From Clostridia bacterium (GTDB taxonomy: Bacteria; Bacillota; Clostridia; Christensenellales; CAG-138), in the NCBI GenBank assembly GCA_030526425.1, contig JAUNCT010000010.1, forward strand, positions 5,526 to 69,525: DNA of 64,000 nucleotides, read 5' to 3'. The notes below the pieces were generated by a model, which was not told the DNA's origin, made no database searches, and saw only the letters and a list, made by a program, of their open reading frames with translations. Positions 9,532 to 18,271 of this stretch are shown in pieces (the stretch's first letter is position 1; every line of letters begins with the position of its first letter). Made by a program: the position numbers and the translations under genes.

Positions 9532-10539
9532 TTACAGCAGGGTGATGCCGTGCGCTTCGGTCTTGGCGATGGTCTCCTTGTCCCACAGGGAGGACTGGAC
9601 CTCGCCGATGTGCGCTTTTTCGAGCAACAGCATGCACAGACGGCTCTGACCGATACCGCCGCCGATGGTCAGCGGCAGTTCCTTGTTGAGCAGCGCCTTG
9701 TGGAACGGCAGTTCCGCGCGTTCCTCGCAGCCGGCCTTCTTCAGCTGACTCGCAAGGGAGACCTCGTCGACGCGGATACCCATCGAGGAAAGCTCGAAGG
9801 CGCAGCCGAGCACGGGGTACCAAACGAGCAGGTCGCCGTTCAGCGCCCAGTCGTCGTAGTCGGGCGCGCGTCCGTCGTGCGGCTTTCCGTCCGAGAGCTT
9901 GTCGCCGATCTGTTTGATGAACACGGTGCCGTGCTCTTTCGCAAACAGGTTCTCGCGCTCCTTGGGCGTTTTGTCCGGGTACATCCGGAGCAGCTCTTCA
10001 CTGGTGACGAAGGTGACCTCGCGGTTGATCTTCATCGAAAGCGCGGGGTACTTCGCGGTCACGACCGCTTCCGTGTACAAGATCGCTTCGACGATGGAGC
10101 GCACGGTCTTTTCGAGATAGGCTTCCGTGCGGTCTTCCCGCGTGAGGACCTTCTCCCAGTCCCACTGGTCCACGTAGATCGAGTGCAGGTTGTCGAGCTC
10201 CTCGTCGCGGCGGATCGCGTTCATATCGGTGTAAAGACCCTGACCCGGACGGAACCCGTACCGTGCGAGGGCGTATCGCTTCCACTTCGCGAGCGAGTGG
10301 ACGACTTCGCAGTCGCGTCCCGCGCCCGGCGCATCGAAACGGACGGGGCGCTCCACGCCGTTCAGGTTGTCGTTCAGACCCTCGTTCGGGTCGACGAACA
10401 GCGGCGCGGACACGCGCTTGAGCCGCAGGATCGCGGAAAGCGCCTGCTGGAACGTGTCTTTGATCAAAGAAATGGCGGCCTGCGTATCATACAGACCGAG
10501 ACGGGAAACGTACCCGTCGGGCAGGATGACTTTCGACAT
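9532..10539 (-). CDS. asnA: aspartate--ammonia ligase (asparagine synthetase A)
   Basis: 335 aa. EVVHSLAKWKR and YVDQWDWEKV motifs are near-identical to the AsnA family. Confidence 0.93.
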   Translation of the reverse strand: MSKVILPDGYVSRLGLYDTQAAISLIKDTFQQALSAILRLKRVSAPLFVDPNEGLNDNLNGVERPVRFDAPGAGRDCEVVHSLAKWKRYALARYGFRPGQGLYTDMNAIRRDEELDNLHSIYVDQWDWEKVLTREDRTEAYLEKTVRSIVEAILYTEAVVTAKYPALSMKINREVTFVTSEELLRMYPDKTPKERENLFAKEHGTVFIKQIGDKLSDGKPHDGRAPDYDDWALNGDLLVWYPVLGCAFELSSMGIRVDEVSLASQLKKAGCEERAELPFHKALLNKELPLTIGGGIGQSRLCMLLLEKAHIGEVQSSLWDKETIAKTEAHGITLL

Positions 10540-10578
10540 GACGAAATGCTCCCTTCGAATTTTCGGCGGATGGCGGGC

Positions 10579-10845
10579 TCAGCCCTGCAGACCCTGCTCC
10601 TGGCGCTCCATGTTCTCGACGACGACGTCGTAGATCTCGCCGAGGCTCGCCGCGTACTCGAGGACCTCCCAGGGACGGTTGGTGTGGAAGTGGATCTTGA
10701 TCAGGCTCTCGTCGCCGACGGCGAGCAGGCAGTCGCCTTCGAAATGCGCGGTGATGTAATCGAAGATCTCGTCCTCGTCCAGACCCTGACCTTCGATGAG
10801 CAACTGGGTATCGAATTTGAATTCAAGCATAGTACAATGCCGCAA
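10579..10845 (-). CDS. small protein resembling the central domain of FakA/YloV (DAK2-fusion fatty-acid kinase)
   Basis: 88 aa from TTG 10845 (AAAGGA SD 8 nt upstream). GDCLLAVGDESLIKIHFHTNRPWEVLEYAASLGEIYDVVVENMERQ matches my recollection of the GDSLvvv...vHvHTnxPG...ieNM segment of YloV/FakA. Lies 39 nt upstream of asnA. Confidence 0.6.
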   Translation of the reverse strand: MRHCTMLEFKFDTQLLIEGQGLDEDEIFDYITAHFEGDCLLAVGDESLIKIHFHTNRPWEVLEYAASLGEIYDVVVENMERQEQGLQG

Positions 10846-10976
10846 AAGCGGCGTCCTTTCTGATTATTCGGAATACAAAATATATATCATATCCCGTGCA
10901 TTATTGCAATCGCCTGCGGATAAAACGGCACACTTGCGCCGGCCCCGTGCGCGGGATTTGTTTACAAGCTGTTCTT

Positions 10977-11005
10977 TTGACACCGTTCCGGGCGCATGAT
11001 ACCAT
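10977..11005 (+). promoter_or_regulatory. candidate sigma-A promoter for the glycosyltransferase operon
   Basis: TTGACA, 17-nt spacer, TGaTACCAT (extended -10), about 45 nt upstream of ATG 11049. Confidence 0.4.
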
Positions 11006-11048
11006 CATTCTGTATCGTTATGCAATCATGAATCCGAGGAATTGTACT

Positions 11049-11912
11049 ATGGCAAGTGTCACGGCGATCGTGCTGACAAAAAACGAAGAGAAAAACATCA
11101 ACGCCTGTATCGAAAGCATCAAAGGGTTCGCGGAGCGGATCCTTGTGGTCGATTCCGGCAGTACCGACGCAACGACGGAGCTGGCAAAGGCCGCGGGGGC
11201 GGAGGTCGTCTTCCATCCGTTCGAATACTATGCCGCACAGTTCAACTGGGGCATCGAAAACGGAGATATCCGCACCGATTGGGTGCTGCGTCTCGATGCG
11301 GACGAACGCTTCACGCCGGAGCTCATCGAAGAGGTCGAAGGACTGCTGAAGACCGCGGATGAAACGGGCGCGAACGGCATCGCCATGGAGGCGGACCTGT
11401 ATTTTCTCGGCAGGCTCATGAAGCACGGTCTCGCGAACAAGCGCAAGATCATGCTTTTCCGTTACGGGCACGGCGGCATCGAAGACCGCAAGCGCGACGC
11501 GCACACCGTCCTCACCGACGGCGGGCTTCTCACCGCGAAGCACAACTTCATCCATTACGATTTCAAGGATCTCAACAGTTATATCGCGCGCTACAACTGG
11601 TATACCATCCGCGAGCTGTCGGATTACATCGACTTCGAATCCGGCGCGTCGACCGAGGTGAATACCGAAAAGCGGCTCATGCGGCACCGCAAGGCGAAGT
11701 TCGGCGTGTATTACCGCGCACCGATGTTTTTGCGCTGTAAGCTGTGGTTCCTGTACAACTATATTTTCAAGCTCGGTTTTCTGGACGGGCGCGAGGGCTA
11801 CCTGTACCACTGGTTCGAATGCGTGTGGTACCGCATGCTGGTGGACGCCAAAATTTACGAGTACAGAAAAACCGGTAAAAAACCCGAGAAATTAGAGGCT
11901 TTCGGCAAATGA
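11049..11912 (+). CDS. family 2 glycosyltransferase
   Basis: ATG 11049 with GAGGA SD 9 nt upstream. AIVLTKNEEKNI...VVDSGSTDAT...LRLDADE shows the GT2 fold motifs. Confidence 0.85.
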   Translation: MASVTAIVLTKNEEKNINACIESIKGFAERILVVDSGSTDATTELAKAAGAEVVFHPFEYYAAQFNWGIENGDIRTDWVLRLDADERFTPELIEEVEGLLKTADETGANGIAMEADLYFLGRLMKHGLANKRKIMLFRYGHGGIEDRKRDAHTVLTDGGLLTAKHNFIHYDFKDLNSYIARYNWYTIRELSDYIDFESGASTEVNTEKRLMRHRKAKFGVYYRAPMFLRCKLWFLYNYIFKLGFLDGREGYLYHWFECVWYRMLVDAKIYEYRKTGKKPEKLEAFGK

Positions 11913-13003
11913 AAAAGATCCGCGTCCTGGAGATCGTCACGACCCGCTTTGCGGCGAACGGGATCAGCCAGTATGTTTTGACCCATCTCGACGGGCTCGG
12001 CGGCGATATCGTCTGCGACGTCGTCGCCATCAACGAACCCGATAAGGAGCTTGCCGCCCGCGTGACGGCGCGCGGCGGCAACCTGTTCGTTCTGCCGATG
12101 CGCAACAAATCGCCCCTCGCATATATCCGGAAGCTCAAAAAAATCATCCGTTTGGGAAAATACGATATCGTGCATGCGCACGGGAACTCGAGCACCCTGC
12201 TCACGGAAATGATCGCCGCCAAAAGCGCGGGCGTCCCCGTCCGCATCCCGCACGCGCACAACACGCGCTGCAAGCAAAAGGCGCTCCACGTGCTGCTGCG
12301 TCCGTTTTTCAACGCCGCATACACCGACGGTGCCGCATGCGGCAGGGCGGCGGGCAGGTTCCTGTTCCCGCGGAACGGTTTCACCGTGCTGAAGAACGGC
12401 ATCGACACCGAACGGTTCCGCTTCGATCCCGCGGAACGCGCACGGCTCCGCGAGGAGCTCCACGCCGAAGACAAGCGGATCCTTCTGCACGTCGGGTCCT
12501 TCAACGAACAAAAGAACCAGACCTTTCTCATCAAGCCGTTCCGCGACGCACTGGAAAAAGACCCGCAGCTGCTGCTCCTTCTGGCGGGCAACGGCGAACG
12601 GCAAAGCGCGGTCCGCGCGGAAGCGGAACGCCTCGGCGTGAAGGACAAGGTCGTTTTCCTCGGTCGCCGGGACGATATCGAAAGCCTGCTCAGCTGCGCG
12701 GACGTCTTCGTGATGCCGAGCCTGTTCGAAGGGTTTCCCATCAGCCTCGTCGAGGCGCAGTGCGCGGGCTTGCCCTGCCTCGTTTCCGATGCGGTCACGC
12801 ACGATGCGGCGATCCTTCAGACCGTGCGCTTTCTCGAACCGGACCCGAAGGTCTGGACGCGGGCGATCCTCAACAGCCGGTTGCTCGAATACGACCGCAC
12901 GACCGCATGCGAGATCGTGCGCGGCGCGGGCTACGACCGTGAGGAGACAGCAGGGGAACTCGGCGCGTTCTACCGGAAGCTTGCCGGAGGAGAAGAAGCG
13001 TGA
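11909..13003 (+). CDS. family 4 (GT-B) glycosyltransferase
   Basis: 364 aa. C-terminal LFEGFPISLVEAQCAGLPCLVSD (EX7E-type GT4 motif). ATGA overlap with the upstream gene. Confidence 0.88.
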   Translation: MKKIRVLEIVTTRFAANGISQYVLTHLDGLGGDIVCDVVAINEPDKELAARVTARGGNLFVLPMRNKSPLAYIRKLKKIIRLGKYDIVHAHGNSSTLLTEMIAAKSAGVPVRIPHAHNTRCKQKALHVLLRPFFNAAYTDGAACGRAAGRFLFPRNGFTVLKNGIDTERFRFDPAERARLREELHAEDKRILLHVGSFNEQKNQTFLIKPFRDALEKDPQLLLLLAGNGERQSAVRAEAERLGVKDKVVFLGRRDDIESLLSCADVFVMPSLFEGFPISLVEAQCAGLPCLVSDAVTHDAAILQTVRFLEPDPKVWTRAILNSRLLEYDRTTACEIVRGAGYDREETAGELGAFYRKLAGGEEA

Positions 13004-14076
13004 AGAAGCTGTTCATCATGACGCACAATATGGCGGGCGGCGGATGCGAACGGGTGATCGCCCGGCTCGCGAACCGCTGGAACGCGGAGGGCACCGAGGT
13101 CACGGTGATCACCGAGTACCGCCACGAGAGCGTGTTTCCGCTCGACCCGGGCGTGCGGCTTTGTGCGCTCAGCGACAAGACGTCCATGGGCATGAAGGAC
13201 GTGCCCGCCGTCTACCGCGCGTTGCGCGCGCTTGTGAAAAAAGAACGACCGGACGCCGTGCTTGCCCTGCCGGAAAAGGTGAACGTCTGGACGGTGCTGT
13301 TTCTTCTCGGGACGGGCGTCCCCACGATCGTTTCCGAACGGAACGACCCGCGGCGTCACCCGGAAAACAAGATCAAGCGGATCCTCCGCAGGTTCGTTTA
13401 CCCGTTTGCGGCGGGTTTCGTGTTCCAAACAGCGGACCAAAGGGATTATTTCCCGCAATCGATCCGCCGCCGCGGCACCGTGCTGCCGAATCCGTTGGAT
13501 ACCGCTGCGCTGCCTTCTTCGTTTGAAGGCGCGCGGGAACGGACGGTCGTCACCGCCGCAAGGCTCGAACCGCAAAAGAATCTCGGGCTGCTGCTCCGCG
13601 CGTTCGCGCTGTTCCGCAAGTCCCATCCGGAGTACCGCCTGACGGTTTTCGGCGAGGGACGCGAACGGGAGGCACTGACCCGTCTGATGGGAGAACTCGG
13701 TCTTGCGGACGCCGTTTCCATGCCGGGTGCCGTCGGCGATGTGCCGGAGCGGATCCGCACGGCGTCGGTGTTCGTTTTGTCCAGTGATTTCGAGGGGATG
13801 CCCAACGCGCTCATCGAGGCGATGGCGATGGGGCTGCCCTGCGTTTCAACGGACTGCCCCGCGGGAGGACCTCGGGAGCTCATCGAAAACGGGGTCAACG
13901 GTCTGCTGACGCCCGTCGGCGACGCGGAGGCGCTGTCCCGGGCGATGTGCCGCATCGCCGATGATGCGGACCTTGCGGAAAAACTCGGGAAAAACGCGCT
14001 CGGCGTCCGGGAAAAACACGATGTCGCCGTCGTTGCAAAGAAATGGAGGGAGTATATCGATGGATGTGCAAAGTAA
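13000..14076 (+). CDS. family 4 (GT-B) glycosyltransferase
   Basis: 358 aa. DFEGMPNALIEAMAMGLPCVSTD GT4 motif. GTGA overlap with the upstream gene. Confidence 0.88.
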   Translation: MKKLFIMTHNMAGGGCERVIARLANRWNAEGTEVTVITEYRHESVFPLDPGVRLCALSDKTSMGMKDVPAVYRALRALVKKERPDAVLALPEKVNVWTVLFLLGTGVPTIVSERNDPRRHPENKIKRILRRFVYPFAAGFVFQTADQRDYFPQSIRRRGTVLPNPLDTAALPSSFEGARERTVVTAARLEPQKNLGLLLRAFALFRKSHPEYRLTVFGEGREREALTRLMGELGLADAVSMPGAVGDVPERIRTASVFVLSSDFEGMPNALIEAMAMGLPCVSTDCPAGGPRELIENGVNGLLTPVGDAEALSRAMCRIADDADLAEKLGKNALGVREKHDVAVVAKKWREYIDGCAK

Positions 14077-16141
14077 AAAAGGCTTCCGCCGGGAGCTGCT
14101 TGCCGATTTCGGGCTGATCCTGTTCGTTGTGACGAACGGGTTGTTCGCCCATGGAAAGTGGGGACAGCTCGGTCTGCTGCTGTTCGCGGCTTCGGTCGTT
14201 CCGGTCGTGCTGCGCCGCAAGGGGCTGGTGTTCGACCGTTGGTTCATCGGTTACGGTCTTCTGATCGTTTGGGGCGCGGTGGGAACGCTGCTCGGCTGGG
14301 CGGTCAACCGACCGCAGGCGATGGCGATGGTGAAAACACTCGTCATCGATTTTGTGTTCCTCTTCGTGCTGCTGCAGTATCTGACCGCGAGAAAGGAACT
14401 CACCGCGCCGATCAACGCCTACATGATCGCCGTTTTCATCATCATCCTCGGGATCTTCCGCTTTTCCGGCGGTCATATCCGTCACTACCGCTTCGGTCAG
14501 GCGGCGGGCATCAACCCGAATACCGTGGCGGGCATCACGATCATAGCGTACGTGGGCTCCCTGTATCTCGCGTTTCGCCGCAAAAAGCCCGCGTATCTTC
14601 TTTGCACCGCGCTCTTCCTTCTGACGATCCTGGTCACCGGTTCGCGCAAGGGGCTGCTGACGGTCGCCGTGTTTACGCCGGTATATGTTCTCTGGATGGA
14701 CCGCAAGCACCTCGTGCGCGATCTTGCGATCCTCATGGTGATCGCGGCGGTCTCCTGCTGGTTCCTGTTCGGCATCGAGATCGTGCGGAACAACATCGGA
14801 GAGCGCTTGCTCGAATCGATCAAGAGCGTTCTCGGGCTTGCGGAGAAGACCGAGCAGTCGATCGCGGAGCGGGGTCTTTTCTCGAAAATGGGCATGGAGA
14901 TCTTCCTGAAGGCACCGCTCAAGGGCTGCGGACTGGATTGCTTCCGCTTTGCCTCGGGCACGGAGACCTATGCGCACAACAACTACATCGAACTTCTTGC
15001 GGACGGCGGCATCGTCGCGCTCCTTCTGTATTACGTGCCGATCCTCGGTATCGGTATCCGCTGTCTGAAGCGGAGCAAGGACGACGCCGCGGTTTTCGGT
15101 GCGGTCCTCATCCTGATGTTCTTCGCGCAGGATATCGCCACCGTTTCCTACTATGAACGTACGCCTTTGATGATCCTCATGCTCGCCGCTTCGGTCCTGC
15201 ACCGGAACGGGGAAGGTTTTTTTTCCCTCGGGAAGTTTTCGGCGTATCTGAGAAACCCGTCCAAGGGGTTCGTCATCCTTGCGATGCGCGGTCGTTTCGA
15301 CGACATGGACGATGAAACATACCTGCGGAAAATGTACCGCGGGATGATGGGGAAAAAGCCGGACTTCAGCACCCCGAAAACCTTCAGTGAGAAGATCAAC
15401 GTGCTCAAGCTGACCGACCGGAAGCCCGAATACACGGTCATGTGCGACAAATACGCCGCGCGCGGGTTCATTGCCGAAAAAGTCGGCGACCGGTACCTCG
15501 TGCCGCTGCTCGGCGTGTGGGACAGCGCGGATGCGGTCGGTTTTGAAGAGCTCCCCGAAAGCTTTGTGCTGAAGACCACGCACGATTCCGGCGGCGTCCG
15601 CATCGTGACGGAGAAAAGCAAGGCGGATACCGGTGAACTCCGCGCCTTTTTCAAAAAGCGTCTCGCGAAAAAGTACCACCTGATGTGGCGGGAACGGCAG
15701 TATGAGGGCATCACGCCGCGTATTATCGCCGAAGCGTATCTCGGCAAGCCCGACGGGACGCTTCCGCGGGATTATAAGCTGTGGTGCTTTAACGGAAAGG
15801 TCCGTTTGCTGCAGATCTATACCGACCGCGCGACCGATAAGAAGGTCTGGTACTTTGGAACCGACGGAAAGCCCTTGCCCTGCACCGCGGAAACCAAAGC
15901 CGCGCTCGCGGCGGGCGGCTTCCCGGTCGGCGTGCCTTCCTTCACGGAGCAAATGATTCCCCTTGCGGAAAAACTGGCGGAGGGCGTTCCTTTCCTGCGG
16001 GTCGATTTCTATTGTGAGAACGGAAAGATATTTGTCGGCGAAATGACTTTTGCCGAGGATGCGGGGTTCTGCACCGCACTGCTGCCCGAATGGGATGAAA
16101 AACTCGGCGGATGGCTCACCCTTCCCGCTGTGGGTAAGTGA
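14060..16141 (+). CDS. fusion protein: Wzy/O-antigen-ligase-like polymerase membrane domain plus C-terminal TupA-like ATP-grasp domain
   Basis: ATG 14060 (GGAGGG SD 9 nt upstream), 693 aa. The N-terminal 420 aa or so are polytopic and carry a Wzy_C-type YAHNNYIELLADGGIVALLL segment. The C-terminal 270 aa or so match my memory of the TupA-like ATP-grasp pattern (TPKTFSEKINVLKL, FVLKTTHDSGG, PRDYKLWCFNGKV, LRVDFY). Confidence 0.8.
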   Translation: MDVQSKKGFRRELLADFGLILFVVTNGLFAHGKWGQLGLLLFAASVVPVVLRRKGLVFDRWFIGYGLLIVWGAVGTLLGWAVNRPQAMAMVKTLVIDFVFLFVLLQYLTARKELTAPINAYMIAVFIIILGIFRFSGGHIRHYRFGQAAGINPNTVAGITIIAYVGSLYLAFRRKKPAYLLCTALFLLTILVTGSRKGLLTVAVFTPVYVLWMDRKHLVRDLAILMVIAAVSCWFLFGIEIVRNNIGERLLESIKSVLGLAEKTEQSIAERGLFSKMGMEIFLKAPLKGCGLDCFRFASGTETYAHNNYIELLADGGIVALLLYYVPILGIGIRCLKRSKDDAAVFGAVLILMFFAQDIATVSYYERTPLMILMLAASVLHRNGEGFFSLGKFSAYLRNPSKGFVILAMRGRFDDMDDETYLRKMYRGMMGKKPDFSTPKTFSEKINVLKLTDRKPEYTVMCDKYAARGFIAEKVGDRYLVPLLGVWDSADAVGFEELPESFVLKTTHDSGGVRIVTEKSKADTGELRAFFKKRLAKKYHLMWRERQYEGITPRIIAEAYLGKPDGTLPRDYKLWCFNGKVRLLQIYTDRATDKKVWYFGTDGKPLPCTAETKAALAAGGFPVGVPSFTEQMIPLAEKLAEGVPFLRVDFYCENGKIFVGEMTFAEDAGFCTALLPEWDEKLGGWLTLPAVGK

Positions 16142-16142
16142 C

Positions 16143-17159
16143 ATGCGTTTCTCCGTTGTCATTCCCGTTTACAATGCGGAAAAATATCTGAAAGAATGCA
16201 TCGCATCGCTGCTTTCCCAAGAGGGGGCGCCCGCGTTCGAACTGGTCTTCATCGACGACGGTTCGACCGATGGCAGCGGTTCCCTGCTGGATGAGGCCGC
16301 AGCGAACGATCCCCATGTCCGCGTTGCGCATACCGAAAACCGCGGTTCCATTCTTGCCCGCAAGGCAGGCATCATGGCAGCCCGCGGTGAATACATCCTG
16401 TTCTGCGATGCCGACGACCGTTACCGCCCGGGGTGCATGCATACGGTGGATGCACTGCTGCGGAACAGCGGTGCGGATATCCTCGTTTGGAACCATGCGA
16501 TCCTCGGCGCGGACGGATCCGTCAAGGACGCTGTGCCCGTGTTTGCGGATGGGGAACGGTTTGCAGGCGAAGGAAAGCAACGCTTTTACCGGGAGACGAT
16601 CGCCGGTTGGCGGCTGAACACCCTGTGGAACAAAGCGTTCCGCAGAGAACTGCTGCAAGCCGACCCGACCGAACTTGCACCGTACGCAGGCAACCCCTTG
16701 GGCGACGATCTGCTCGCGGGGCTTTGGGCATTGACGCAGGCGCAGAGCATCGTTTATTCGTGTAAAGTATTGTACGAATACCGCACGACCCCCGGTGGTT
16801 TGACGCAGACCTTCGACGAGCGTCGTTTCCGCCGCGCGAAGGACACGCGGATATCGGAATTGCTCCGTTCCTATCTCCCTGTGTGGGGGATGGATACCGA
16901 AGAATACCGCGTGCTGTTTGCGCGCAGGTGCCTGCTCGACCGGACGGATGTGGCGATGAGCGCCTTCCGCCGCGCCGCGGATGCCGCCGCCGAGCGGAAC
17001 GTCCTTCGGAGAGACTGGTTCTCCGGTCTCCCCACAACGGAGGAAGAAACCGGAAAAGCAAAAGCCGCGCTGCCGAAAAAGGCGCGCATCCAATACGAAC
17101 TCATCCGCATGCGGTGCCGCTTGCTGCTGCACCTGCTGACGGGAAAGGTCAAAACATGA
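16143..17159 (+). CDS. family 2 glycosyltransferase
   Basis: MRFSVVIPVYNAEKYLKECIASLLSQ...IDDGSTDGS...CDADD. Starts 1 nt after the upstream stop. Confidence 0.86.
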   Translation: MRFSVVIPVYNAEKYLKECIASLLSQEGAPAFELVFIDDGSTDGSGSLLDEAAANDPHVRVAHTENRGSILARKAGIMAARGEYILFCDADDRYRPGCMHTVDALLRNSGADILVWNHAILGADGSVKDAVPVFADGERFAGEGKQRFYRETIAGWRLNTLWNKAFRRELLQADPTELAPYAGNPLGDDLLAGLWALTQAQSIVYSCKVLYEYRTTPGGLTQTFDERRFRRAKDTRISELLRSYLPVWGMDTEEYRVLFARRCLLDRTDVAMSAFRRAADAAAERNVLRRDWFSGLPTTEEETGKAKAALPKKARIQYELIRMRCRLLLHLLTGKVKT

Positions 17160-18121
17160 CAGAACGACCGCTGGTGACCGTTTGCCTGCTTGCCTACAAT
17201 CAGGCGCGCTACATCCGCCAATGCGCGGAGAGCCTCCTCGCGCAGGAAACGGATTTTCCGTTTCTCATCCTCGCCCACGACGATGCGTCGACCGACGGCA
17301 CGGATAAGATCCTTTCGGAGTATGCCGAACGGTATCCCGACCGCTTCCGGCTGATCGCGGAGGAGGAGAACACCTACTCGAAGGATACGCGTGTGATGGC
17401 GCGGCACATGTGGCCGCTGATCGACAGCCCGTACACCGCCATCTGCGAAGGGGACGATTACTGGACCGATCCCCGGAAGCTCGCGATACAGGTCGGTTAT
17501 CTGGAGGAGCATCCGGAGTATGCGCTTTCGGTCTCGAACGCGCATCTGGTGAACGGGGAGGGGGAGCCCGCGGGGGAACTCGCGCCCTATGCCGCGGATA
17601 CCGACATGCCCGTGGAGGACCTCATCGCGGGCGGCGGCGGATTTATCGCCACGGCGTCCGTCGTGACGCGGACGGCGTATCTCCGCGATCTGCCGGAATA
17701 CTACTTCCGTTCCACCGTCGGCGACGCGCCGCTGCAGCTGTACCTCGCATCCCTCGGCAAGACCCGCTGGCATGCCGGGCGCCTGTGCGCCTACCGCGTG
17801 AACGCGGCGGGGAGCTGGACGCTCGCACAGCTGACGGGAAAGCGGGAAAACTACATCCGCTTCCATACCTCCATGGCGGATATGCTCACCGGCTTCGATG
17901 AAGCGACCGGGGGCGCATATCACACCGCGGTCGGAACGGCGGTCGCAAGGCACCGGTTCGAGGTCGCGCGCCTGAGGTGCGACTTGAAAACCATGCGTTC
18001 CGCGGAAAACGCCGGCTTCTACCGTGCCATGACGGGCAAGGAACGCAGGCGCGTATACCTTATGAAATACTGCCCGTGGGCAGTCGCGCTTTACCGCAGG
18101 TTCCGCTTCGGCGGCAAGTGA
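17156..18121 (+). CDS. family 2 glycosyltransferase
   Basis: MTERPLVTVCLLAYNQARYIRQCAESLLAQ...HDDASTDGT. ATGA overlap with the upstream gene. Confidence 0.86.
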   Translation: MTERPLVTVCLLAYNQARYIRQCAESLLAQETDFPFLILAHDDASTDGTDKILSEYAERYPDRFRLIAEEENTYSKDTRVMARHMWPLIDSPYTAICEGDDYWTDPRKLAIQVGYLEEHPEYALSVSNAHLVNGEGEPAGELAPYAADTDMPVEDLIAGGGGFIATASVVTRTAYLRDLPEYYFRSTVGDAPLQLYLASLGKTRWHAGRLCAYRVNAAGSWTLAQLTGKRENYIRFHTSMADMLTGFDEATGGAYHTAVGTAVARHRFEVARLRCDLKTMRSAENAGFYRAMTGKERRRVYLMKYCPWAVALYRRFRFGGK

Positions 18122-18146
18122 CCGCAAACGAAAAAATCAAAGAAAA

Positions 18147-18190
18147 ACGGCGTCATCATAGCAAAGATATATGGTGACGCCGTCCTTTTA
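18147..18190 (+). terminator. rho-independent terminator of the glycosyltransferase operon
   Basis: ACGGCGTCA...TGACGCCGT, a 9-bp stem followed by CCTTTTA, 26 nt after the stop. Confidence 0.6.
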
Positions 18191-18192
18191 TC

Positions 18193-18221
18193 TTGAACAA
18201 GTATGAAAGAAAGTATAAAAT
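18193..18221 (+). promoter_or_regulatory. candidate promoter of the CofE-like gene
   Basis: TTGAAC, 17-nt spacer, TAAAAT, about 50 nt upstream of ATG 18272. Confidence 0.4.
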
Positions 18222-18271
18222 GTTAGCTGTGAATGTATTTGCGGTTTTTTCCGCAGAAAGGAAACAGAATT

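Noticed and set aside
16050-16142. N-terminal extensions offered by the ORF track for several genes (for example 16050, 16883, 13961, 10896, 54108, 45923, 36270, 51820, 52910, 30138)
   Set aside because: In each case an internal start with a good SD, and often an ATGA overlap with the upstream stop, coincides with the start of the recognisable protein family. The extensions overlap upstream genes.
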